Shown here: positions 42,083 to 52,874 of the stretch, piece by piece
Numbering within the stretch: the stretch's first letter is position 1
Layout of the letters: every line of letters starts with the position of its first letter
From: Eledone cirrhosa
Taxonomy: Eukaryota
DNA: 64,000 bases
Assembly: GCA_964016885.1 (NCBI GenBank)
Contig: OZ024745.1
Coordinates: 106,764,001 to 106,828,000, forward strand
Direction of reading: 5' to 3'
The notes under the pieces: generated by a model
Seen by the model: the letters and a program-made list of their open reading frames with translations, nothing else
Told to the model about the DNA's origin: nothing
The model's database searches: none
Program-made: the position numbers and the translations under genes

Positions 42083-42772
42083 GCAGAGTGGTGAATAACA
42101 AGATGTTTTTGAACCGTGCAGTAAAGGGTTGGTTGGCAGGTCGAGTTGACACGCGCTGAAGGAATCTCCTAGTTAAATTAAGATCAAAGAGATGTGTTGT
42201 TTTTTTTGTATATATTTCTAGAGACTAATTATCTTGCACAACGTCATTTGTTAGCCATCACTACCTCCTACTCCTCCTCCTCAATAACAACATGAAAGTT
42301 GATGAGAGTGTCAACTTCCATAGAATGTTAGTGAAAAGGTGAGATGATCATCAATGCAGGTGGTAAGTGTCAACGAAGAGAATTAGAGAGCAAAGGGATT
42401 AGACAGCGGTAAACCAGTCAAAATAATTACTATGAACTTGAAAAGAGGTCTCGCAGCAGAACGAATAAAAACGTGTATGGGGCGGTGTGGGGCCATTGAG
42501 CATTTAATTAAAAGAACTCATCCCAAACTAGATTCCACGTGGAAAACGGAAGCTGGTGATCGCTTTGATGTCGGTGAGTTTACAACAACAGGTATTATTA
42601 ATTACACAAACCAACGAGAGAGCCTTTACACGGTTACTCAAACTGCTAGAACTTCCAGCCAAATCGTACACTACCTTTGACACATTGAATAATATTGTAC
42701 TGAATAAAAGAGATGTTGACGGTTGGAATCAGGGCCTACCTGCTGTTAAACAACTCCAATAGCATTAATTAA

Positions 42773-42820
42773 TGCCGAAAAGGGTGTGGTGCTGATCACA
42801 GCCCCACACCCTTTTCGGCA
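42773..42820. repeat. GC-rich hairpin
   Basis: tgccgaaaagggtgtgg-t-gctg-atca-cagc-c-ccacacccttttcggca: 17-bp perfect stem, 1 mismatch, 4-bp stem, 4-nt loop. Confidence 0.85.
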
Positions 42821-43637
42821 AAAACACTGCGTTCAAATCCAAGAACTGTCCACTCTGCTTTTCATCCTCAAATAAGTAACTTCAAAAGTCGATCATACTA
42901 TTATTATACAAAATTTGTGGAACTGTGTCAATTTTAGAAATCTAGGTTTAATGAAATAAGCTTTAGTAAAAAAATGGGGTCAATTTTCTTAACCATCTGT
43001 GTCAGCCTTAGAAATCATTAATTACTATTCACGGAATAAGGTTAATTTGACTTTGTAAGGTTAATTTGACTTTGCATGATGTCTCAGTTATTGTTGTTTT
43101 GGCTCAAGTCAATCCAAAGTGAAGAAATCTATAACGATATATTTCTAAGCAGTGAATATTCCATTTGCTCCTACTTAATAGTACAACGAGAACTACATTA
43201 CCTAATGTTTCTTCTCTTTAGACAACCGAGTGTATTTATGGGAAATTTACTAAGCGTTTCCAACAGGTAAAATAACTATATACTCTATCTCGTTGATTGA
43301 TCGTCTCTCTAATTTACTGTTGTTGCTCTTTATCCCTAGTTGAACCCTAGTCGAGAAGAAGTCTGTCTAACTTATCACCCAGTTGTTTGGAATAATATCC
43401 TACTTAAAGAAGAAATTCAATAAAATTGCACATGAACACAATTGCAGAGAGACAAAGTATGACCGACTGGAACCTTACGAGATGTACATTAAACAATACT
43501 GTTTTAAGATGTTTCAATTAAACCAAATGGAAAGAAGACGCGTGAAACCATTTTATGGTATAAAGCTGAACAATTTGCAGAGCTCCAGTGAGGTACTATG
43601 TGCAGAAAAATAACGTCCACATTTTGAAAACCAAACC

Positions 43638-43683
<46 letters not shown>

Positions 43684-45745
43684 ATGTATGAATGTTTTAG
43701 AGACAGATAAATAGATGGGGAGGGACGTAGTGAATTATATTCTCCGGGTTATATACAAATACAACAGACAAAAAGATAGAATATAACCATGGCATGAATA
43801 CCTTTTGATAAAGCCGGTTATATTCAGCAGAACCGACTTGGAGCTAAACAGCAAGAGCAGCAATCCGGATCACTTAAAAACGAGGTGAACGAGACATGGG
43901 TGGGAGGGAAAAACAGACACGCATCAACAAAGGAAAATGTATTCAGATGGAGATGGCGAAACCGAAACTGGGTAGTTTGTGGTGTGGGGAAAAACAGGAG
44001 TGAGAGATAGATAGAAGGGTGTGGTTTTGTATACTTGCTTCCCAGAGGCAAACTCCCCATATATATATATATACACACACATATATATTATATATATATA
44101 TATACACACATATATATTATATATATAATATATATCTCCAGAAACATGCCACCCACTTTCAGGTCTAATTCACTAAAATAACAATGACTAGATTGAATGC
44201 AGCCGAGAAATTTCCAAAGCTTACTGATTGTTCGAGAAAGTGTGAGAAGTAGGAGGAGGTGTGGATGGGAGAAAGGGGTGAGCGGGGATGATGAAGCAGG
44301 AAAACATGGCGACGGTCTGTTTTGATAAGGAAATTTAAGATGAAAAAAGGTAAGGTAGTCAAAACCACGTTTCCGGTCTCTTTGGAAGTAGTAACTAACC
44401 CACAGAGACTAGGCAGGATTATATTGTAAAAAGACGGTAGAGGTAACTTGTATTATAGAAAGAGAGAATGAACGAAATAAAAGTGTGTATGTCTGTGTTT
44501 GGCACGTACTTGCCTGAGTGCGTGCACTTTTGAGTGTGTGAATGTGTGTATGTGTGTATGTGCGTGTGTATGTGTGTATGTGCGTGTGTATGTGTGTACG
44601 TGCGTGCGTGTGCGCGTTTTATGGAAAAGCAGACCAAGTAAATAAAGAGGATAAATTAAGAAATGGATAGTAAAATAAATGGAAATACGAATTATGAAGA
44701 CAAAGTGGAAATATGGAAAGAAGGAATTTTCATCAACGTATAAAATAAATAAATAGATAAAAGGGTACCTATATAAGGAGCATGCAGTTTATAAACAAGA
44801 AACAAACATCAGATGAGTGGCTAGCAAATAGTGCATTAAAAAAAAGAAAATACGCTTTGTATTTATTCCAACCAAATTTCACATTCTTGCTACTCTTGCC
44901 ACCAGAAATGCAATGAACCAGTAATTGCTCCACTGGATATTTATAACCGACGAAACTATTGTTCACAAAATGCACGATTTAAAAAAACAGAAACCTACAA
45001 AAGTAAGTTTGTAAAATACCCTAGGCAATTCACAAATTACTTTTCCGTACACCAAGAAAATTTTCGAGAGAGTGGTAGTACTCAGTCAAGTTAGGTATTG
45101 CTAGGCTCCATTCGGTCATAGTGAAAACGCGTTAACCCCCCCAGCAGTTAAGGTTTTGAACTCAAGATCATACGGTTGTGGGTTCGATTTCAGGACAGGA
45201 CTCACCGCCTCATATCACGTTGATTTTCTTGATACAATTGAGCACCCCTATCATTGAAACCAGTGTGAGACAACCACGTACGAGGCCAACTAAACATGCA
45301 TAGGTGTGAGCTGTAAAATCTGAAAGAGCTCTGAGATCCAGCATATATTTCGCCACGCATATTAATCCGATGCTTTAACGAATCTGTTAATTCGCCCTCT
45401 AAAGGTAGACAATGACACAAATAATCGATTATCATATTATAATACTAGTTTAAAATTACATTTTGAACCATATGGAAGCAGGCAACAACCAACCTCCTAG
45501 AGCCACTAGATAAAGACGTTTAAATCGGCATTTTAAAGGAAAGAGCGATGTACTCTGGTGGAACCAGATGGCAGCGTTAATGATTTTTCTTGATTTGTGA
45601 AGGAGCATAGCTTAATGGTTACGGTGTTCGGCTCAAGACGTTAGTTCCATTCAGTGGAATGCTCAGGCACTTGTAAGTTAATTTCACGAGTAGGCAGTTC
45701 TGGGGATTAAACAACAGGAACGTTTTCCGCCGGAGCCATACATAC

Positions 45746-46033
45746 CAGTCTACGAGGGACAAACTAGTATTTATTACAATACCATTCAGTCTACGAGGGA
45801 CAAGGGGACTGACTAGTATTTATTACAATACCATTCAGTCTACGAGGGACAAGGGGACTGACTAGTATTTATTACAATACCATTCAGTCTACGAGGGACA
45901 AGGGGACTGACTAGTATTTATTACAATACCATTCAGTCTACGAGGGACAAGGGGACTGACTAGTATTTATTACAATACCATTCAGTCTACGAGGGACAAG
46001 GGGACTAACTAGTATTTATTACAATACCATTCA
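45746..46033. repeat. 49-bp minisatellite (5 near-identical units plus one 41-bp unit)
   Basis: cagtctacgagggacaaggggactgactagtatttattacaataccatt starting at 45787, 45836, 45885, 45934 and 45983. Confidence 0.95.
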
Positions 46034-46458
46034 AAAGTCAATGAAGAAACACACATACACAGCAGCTTCTGGTATTTGTGTATTTATTTTAACGACCTTG
46101 GAAGGGTGAAAGAAAGTTGATCTCGGCGTGATTTGAACTCAAGATGTAACCACAAGGTATTTTATCTCATGCTCTACCGACTTCGCTATACACACACACA
46201 TGCATGCATGATAAAACATTTATATTTAGGTGATCCTATTTCATGCGTCTATCCCGGTAAATATCTTCACACCAGATGTGTGTGCGTGGGAGCGCGTACG
46301 TGTTCATATTGCATATGTCTGGACTCAATTTAGCAGAAAAGGACTTATAAACCATTAAGGATGTTTATACTTCATATATAAACTAAGCTGATAACAAATT
46401 GGAATATGGTGTATGTACTTATATAGGGGCCTCTCCGCTCTCCTCACTCTCTCTCGAG

Positions 46459-46960
46459 GGGGAGAGAGAAGAGAAGAGAGAGAGAAGGAAAGAGAAGAGA
46501 AGAGAAGAGAAGGAAAGAGAAGAGAAGAGAAGGAAAGAGAAGAGAAGGAAAGAGAAGAGAAGAGAAGGAAAGAGAAGAGAAGGAAAGAGAAGAGAAAGGA
46601 GAGAGGAGAGGAGAGAGGAGAGAGGAGAGGAGAGAGGAGAGGAGAGAGGAGAGAGGAGAGGAGAGAGGAGAGGAGAGAGGAGAGGAGAGGAGAGAGGAGA
46701 GGAGAGGAGAGAGGAAAGGAGAGAAGAAAGGAGAGAAGAGAAGAGAGAAGAGAAGAGAGAAGAAAGGAGTGAAGAGAAGAGAGGAGAGGAGAGAGGAGAG
46801 GAGAGAGGAGAGAGGAGAGGAGAGAGGAGAGAAGAAAGGAGAGAAGAAAGGAGAGAAGAAAGGAGAGAAGAAAGGAGAGAAGAGAAGAGAGAAGAGAAGA
46901 GAGAAGAGAAGAGAGAAGAGAGGAGAGGAGAGAGGAGAGGAGAGAGGAGAGGAGAGAGAG
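46459..46960. repeat. Polypurine (AGAGG/AGAAG) tract
   Basis: About 500 bp of almost pure A/G on the plus strand. Confidence 0.95.
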
Positions 46961-47468
46961 ATTTGCAAACACACACAATGCCTACACAGAGACAAAAATC
47001 TATTTAATGTCCTGTTAGTGAAGATGTCTCATCAGAATGAAATTATCACTGTCCTCAAAACACTGAGTAAAGATGATTCGAGATCTCAGCAGTCGTTTCT
47101 ACGTATGTTTCTCTTTCTTTTTGGAATTATTGACGTAATGTGGAAGGAAATAGGGATTTTAAAAGTGTGCGTAACACTGGGTTCATTCATGGAAGGTGTT
47201 GAAGGGTAAGCTAAACGAAAAAATGCCCACGTTTTCATAATTATTTTCAAGTATGACAATTCAATAACACACATACACAACATATTCGTAACCCGAGTTT
47301 GACAGAAATACAAACCACATAGTATATTTGCATCAAATAAAACGAGGACCGGATGCAACTGCAATATATATATATATGCAGAGGTTATATTTAATTTGTT
47401 AGGATTCAACAAGCTTAAACATTTTTATAACTAATATAAAGCACTCAACAAGTTAGTGGAGTAAAAAC

Positions 47469-47857
47469 ACAATATATTAATAAATGGAAACTATATTTAT
47501 AAAACTATATTTATTTTATGATATATATATATTTCAAGGGCAACCAAGGCAAATTATGGTGCGCTTTCATCAGATAAAATACAGATTTGTTTTATAAATA
47601 AATATTGACATACCCGGAAAAAAGACAACCTTAACGGTTGAGGATAGTGGAGATAATATTTTATTGCGGGTAATCGAAATATCTCCACCATCCAGGAAGC
47701 TTCAACCGTTAAGGTTGTCTTTTTTCCGGGTATGTCATTTATTTATAAAACAAATCTGTATTTTATCTGATGAAAGCGCACCATAATTTGCCTTGACATA
47801 TATATAATAAAATAAATATGGTTTTATAAATATAGTTTCCATTTATTAATATATTGT
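47469..47857. repeat. Long fold-back inverted repeat (about 170-bp arms) carrying HHR-A; Penelope-like pLTR remnant
   Basis: acaatatattaataaatggaaactatatttataaaac...gacatacccggaaaaaagacaaccttaacggttga is mirrored by tcaaccgttaaggttgtcttttttccgggtatgtc...gttttataaatatagtttccatttattaatatattgt. Confidence 0.9.
47512..47581 (-). ncRNA. Type I hammerhead ribozyme motif (HHR-A), complete
   Basis: Minus strand: uauuuuau-CUGAUGA-aagcgca ccauaauuugccuugg u ugcccuu-GAAA-uauauauaua-UC-auaaaaua. Stem I is 8 bp and perfect. Stem II is aagcgca/ugcccuu (1 mismatch) plus cca/ugg. Stem III is an alternating-AU palindrome. Predicted AUC cleavage between 47520 and 47519. Confidence 0.75.
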
Positions 47858-47900
47858 ATATATATATATAATTTTTTTTCTTCTGTGATATATATATATA

Positions 47901-48100
47901 TTAATATAGAAAAGCTTCTACAGGACTAGAACTGTTTCATTCGTAAGAAATCATCAGGAAGCTGACTGTCCAAGTATGATGATTTCTCACGAATGAAACA
48001 GTACTAGTCCTGTAGAAGCTTTTCTATATTAAAACATTTATACTCTGCTATGTATTGAGTACCTTACTTACTGTGGTTACCCCCGATTGAACCCGGAATA
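47901..48100. repeat. Fold-back (56-bp arms 47901-47956 and 47977-48032, 2 mismatches, 20-nt loop) carrying HHR-B, plus the family 3' extension
   Basis: ttaatatagaaaagcttctacaggactagaactgtttcattcgtaagaaatcatca vs tgatgatttctcacgaatgaaacagtactagtcctgtagaagcttttctatattaa. Related sequence recurs at 50824-50963 and 63674-63735. Confidence 0.9.
47913..47963 (-). ncRNA. Type I hammerhead ribozyme motif (HHR-B), complete
   Basis: Minus strand: agcuuc-CUGAUGA-u uuc uuac gaa u-GAAACAG-uucuaguc-CUGUA-gaagcu. Stem I is 6 bp and perfect. Stem II is uuc/gaa closed by U.U. Stem III is ACAG/CUGU with a near-palindromic loop. Predicted GUA cleavage between 47919 and 47918. Confidence 0.8.
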
Positions 48101-48134
48101 ACACACACATACACATATATATATATATATATAT

Positions 48135-48223
48135 GAAAAGAGTCAGGACACCGACCGTTTCGACAGTTCGGATTTAGCTGTCGAAACGGCCGGAGCTCAG
48201 CCGTCAGGGTCCTCACTCTTTTC
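48135..48223. repeat. Fold-back containing the 3' half of a hammerhead (GAAAC-ggc...gcc-GTC)
   Basis: Outer arms gaaaagagt/actcttttc and inner 12-bp arms ccgtttcgacag/ctgtcgaaacgg. GAAACGGC-cggagctca-GCCGTC forms a stem III plus GUC site, but there is no CUGANGA upstream. Confidence 0.7.
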
Positions 48224-50175
48224 CTACTACCCACTCCAGTACCCTAAGTATGGTGCATTATGGTGCACCTGGTATCTTACCACACCCTTTTTGTTTTTAT
48301 ATATATATCCATGGGCCTTGATCATGAAGTCGTGGGACGTCGTAACGTAACATACGGTGTGTCTTGGGCATTTTGACCATCAAGGCCCGTTTCCTTCTGA
48401 GAGAGAAAGAGAAAAGGGGGTATGAATCGACCCTAGCACTCAACTGGTACTTTATCGACCGAAAAAAGATGAAAGCCTAAGTTCAATTCACAGGGATTTG
48501 AACTCGTAGTGCAGAGCACAGGGTCGAATATTGCAAAACATAATATCCGACGTTCAAGCAACTCTGCCAACTCACATATATATATATATATATATACATA
48601 TGTGTGTCTGTGTGTGTATGTGTGTATGTGTGTGTAACAAACGTTAAACACCAAGTAGTGTGCGCGTGTTCGCGTACACGTGCATGTGTGTTGGTGAATA
48701 TTTGTAAAACGAACAGAAATGTGCACATAATGCACATTAAGTCGCAATACAATGGGTAACAACAGATGGCAATAAGCCAGACGACACCTGATAATTAAAT
48801 ACGAGGTCATTCTGGGCGCTTACATATTTGCATCTGTCTGTACATGTGCGCAGGTTCGTCGTCGATGTCGCTTTCTATCCATAGCTTTTGTCAAAAGTAA
48901 TCAATTTGAGAGAGAGAAGGGGGCGAAGTTAGGAATATACACATACACAGTGAATTAGAGGGAAGAGAAATCGGATTAGACTGGATACCACACACACAGA
49001 GTATATATATATATATATAGTTATAGGAACACCAATTCCACACACATTGTCATCATTACTCGCCTACCTCTACCGAGGTAATGTAAACACACTTAGAAAC
49101 TGAAGACAACACTAGTGTTTCAATTGGACGCTACTTTAGTCTCTAGTCGAGACAGAGATATTAGCTAGCCAGCGCTAATCTTTAAAGAATTAATCGTATT
49201 AAAACTTTGAAGTAATTTTAAAATCAATCTCACCGTGTTATAGTAAGCAATCCAGAGAAATTAAGCTTGCCCGTTCCCAAACTAAACCTTGTCTTTAAAA
49301 AAATGGGAAGAACACATTGAATAGTGTTATAAATACAGGGTTTTAATACCTGGAACGCTATAATAGGTCTGCTTGGATAACAGCTCACATTGGATACATT
49401 GTCTAAAAATAAATTAGGATTATCATGGCTTGAACAATTTGATCTTAGACATGCTTGATCACAGTTGATCTGAGATTAAACAACCATGGATATACGCGCC
49501 GACAATAAGTTGAATATCTCAATTTGGACTCTTGGAAATATAGATTAATCTGAAAGAAGTAGAATAATCGTTAGCTGATTACAATCTGATCTGCCTTCCC
49601 TAATTGATATGTAAATCTGAAAGATTCTCAAAGATAGTAGGGAAGTTTCAATGGTTTGAGAAGGAAGAAAAGGAGGAAATATATAAAGTAAAATCTAATA
49701 GAAGAGAAATCTGTAAACTAAAATACAATCTTAAACGAATTTCTCACTAAATAACCTTCAATAAACTATAAAAATCGCAAAAACATATGGGGATATCAAT
49801 ACACCTAGAATCCATAACTCATATACATACACACACAGAGTCAGCAATTCATAAATAGAAATCTCACTAATAGCAATGTGAAGTTCACACAGGACGACAA
49901 AATAACACAGCAATAACAGAACTAACAATTTCCAGCGACTTTTAATATTTAGCTGACTAGCCAATCTTTTCATGAACAAAACATCATCACGCATATGGTA
50001 GCTTGTTTACTAGTCACCCGGAGCGGAGCGCGGCTGAGGCACCACCCGGACTGGGGTGAAGTGTCTATCCCTGCCACCCTCCCTTGCTTTTTTTGTTGCT
50101 TGATCCTTTTTTTATTTTTCCTCTTCGTTCCATTTAATAGTGTTTTGTTTTTCCTAGATTCTGTATTTCTATATA

Positions 50176-50355
50176 ATTGTTTCTACTTTTGGCACAAGGC
50201 CAGCAATTACCCCAGTGTATTACTGGTACTTTATGTTATCGACCCCGTAAAGATGAAAGGCAAAATTAACATCGGTGGGATATGAACCCAGATCATAAAG
50301 GGCCATAACTCTATGTTGCAAAGCATAGCGCCCACCCTGTACCGATACTGCCAAC
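50176..50355 (-). mobile_element. Main-family SINE
   Basis: Reverse complement of the family motifs. Confidence 0.8.
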
Positions 50356-50507
50356 ATGACATTGAGAGATTTTGTATATTGAATGTGTTTTGCATTTCAA
50401 TTATTTCATTTGATAATTCGAAAAATGAAACTACAGTTAATTATTTTATGTTGTTCTATCTGTAAGATATTACTTTACTTCATTTATTAAACACATCTAA
50501 CTATAGA

Positions 50508-50538
<31 letters not shown>

Positions 50539-50823
50539 TATATTATATTACCGGAGTAGTGGTTTTATATATCCAGCTTCCTTTACACTACCACATTTAA
50601 CGAGGTTTGAAAGTACCAGACGACCTGGCCATACTTGAAATCAGAAATGTCAAACATTGATTATAGTACAGTACTAATACTGAGACATCTATAATCATCA
50701 ATGATGGTCAAACTAATAGATATAATAAACGTTCCCCAACCCCCAAACTGGCTACATTCTGGCTGAATTAGAAATCATTATTGATATTCCTATTTGCGCA
50801 CGCCCGAGAATATGCGTGTAAAT

Positions 50824-50963
50824 CCCAAGGTGAAATCGGGAATAACCACAGTTAAAAGGGTACTCAATAGAGCGTAAACATTTTTTAAATATAGGAATGC
50901 ATGCCAGATGATTTCATACGAATGAAACAGTTCTAGTCCTGTAGAAGCCATTTCTATATTAAA
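50824..50963. repeat. Second, inverted and decayed copy of the HHR-B family
   Basis: 50833-50895 is the reverse complement of the family extension at 48021-48090. It is followed by cagatga-tttcatacgaat-gaaacag-ttctagtc-ctgta-gaagc (core mutated CUG->CAG). Confidence 0.8.
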
Positions 50964-52287
50964 TATATATATATATATATATAATCTATATATATAAAAC
51001 AAAATATGTATTTTCCCGCATTTATACATAGCAGTTCATGGTTATAAAACTGTCCCTAAACAAAAACAAATAGGTATGAAAAACGACAAAGAACCGGTCC
51101 CCCTCCACCACCACCACCACCACCACCACCACCACCTTCAGTTGAGGAGAGAGGGGATAAAGAGAAAGAGATAAGTGATAGAGATTGTGTAGTAAGACTG
51201 TAAATTGACACAGGTCGTCTTAATTCATACACTTCATTGGCCATTATTTACATAACTATTCAAAGTTTTACAAGGCTTAATGATATCTGGCTGGCAGTTT
51301 TGAAGTGGTATGACAAGAGAGCTGCGAAGAAATTTTATTTTATAGTGTGAAAAGTACATTGTTGGCGAAAAAATTCTCACCGAGTCAGTTTGTATGGGTA
51401 CCGGTCTGGAGGTTAGCAAAGAGAGCCTTCCTGGTTAGGTGTACACACACACAATGTATATATATATATATACACACACAAATAAAATATAGAGTTACAC
51501 ACTCATATAGGTACCCTGCAATGAAAACAAGCTCAAAGTATAAATACCGAGCATTATATAGTAATATATATGTATAAATATATATATATATATATATAAA
51601 AGATTAAATTTTTAAAACATTAGTGGTATCTTATACCCTCGTAATTTTAGACACGAAATTTACTGTGTTTATTTATTTATACACACACACACACACACAC
51701 ATATCTATATCTATATATATACTACGGTTTAGTAATAAAGATTATCTTATAAACGTGTAGTACCTTCACTCACGCACCCGGATGTATTGATAAAGCAATA
51801 TAAGACCACATCGTAAAACTATATATAGAAAGATGATAACCATTACGTGGTCACTTAGTTGGCTAGAAATACCAGTCAAATATTGCCTGAAATTAGACAC
51901 TACTCTCTCTCTAAGAAAGCAAAAATAGAGACACCAAGAAAGTATGCATATGGGATTTAAAGACACGATTGAGCTGGTTTTGAACATCAAACAAATGTGG
52001 GTAAATGTGTGTGTGCGCGCGCATGCCCATGCCGCTGGCTTCTCGGACAACATAAGACTGTCTAATAATATCATTGACCATCTCCAGTTTCGATACTCCA
52101 CCTCGCGCCACTTGCATGTGTTGTCTTGAAACACCAGCTTAACACTGATCGAATAGAACTATATGACCAAAAGCATTTCATCAATGATTATCGTACGTAT
52201 ATGTGATATGTAGGGCTACATAATTTAATATGGTGTGTGTGTGTATGTATATAGTAATAATAATAAATTTGAAGACTAAAATCTTGC

Positions 52288-52405
52288 AACGTTTTTTTTG
52301 AAATATTTACTTCTGCGTTCACAGATTGACTTTTTTAGTTTCAGAAGATCCCGTTAAGGGTGAAAGTAGCGATTCTTTGCTTAAACTTTAATCTGTTATT
52401 TTAAT
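52288..52405 (+). repeat. Dispersed copy of segment 6800-6918
   Basis: aacgttttt...gaaatatttacttctgcgttca.agattga...tttagtttcagaa.atcccgttaagggtgaaag...cttaaactttaatctgttattttaat is shared between the two sites. Confidence 0.8.
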
Positions 52406-52642
52406 TTAAAAAAAATATATATATATATATATATATATAAGCTGTTTTTACAAAACGTTTTTTTTTCCCCATTTCAAGTAGACGCACGCCATCATCCACT
52501 TTTAAAAAAAAACAAATCATACACAAAACGCCAACACCAACAGATATCAACATGAATGGACCTGTTATTTTTTACCTGAAGACATTTTTTCCAATTCCAT
52601 CCCCTCCCCCCGTCACCTCAATCTATTTTATTTCTCATTCTT

Positions 52643-52680
52643 TCCTCTGATGAAAGACTAGCACCCGAAACGTTAAGATC
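52643..52680 (+). ncRNA. Degenerate minimal hammerhead motif
   Basis: ct-CTGATGA-aagactagcaccc-GAAAC-GTTA-ag: core and palindromic AACGTT stem III present, but stem II and stem I pair poorly. Confidence 0.4.
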
Positions 52681-52765
52681 CTCTTTCTGCTATATCAAGC
52701 GTTAACCTAATATATACCTTCCATATACTGTACCGATTGTGTTGTTATTTCTGTTTACCTTTTAC

Positions 52766-52874
<109 letters not shown>

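Noticed and set aside
45746-46033. CRISPR-like array
   Set aside because: Units are contiguous with no unique spacers, there are no cas genes, and the context is eukaryotic.
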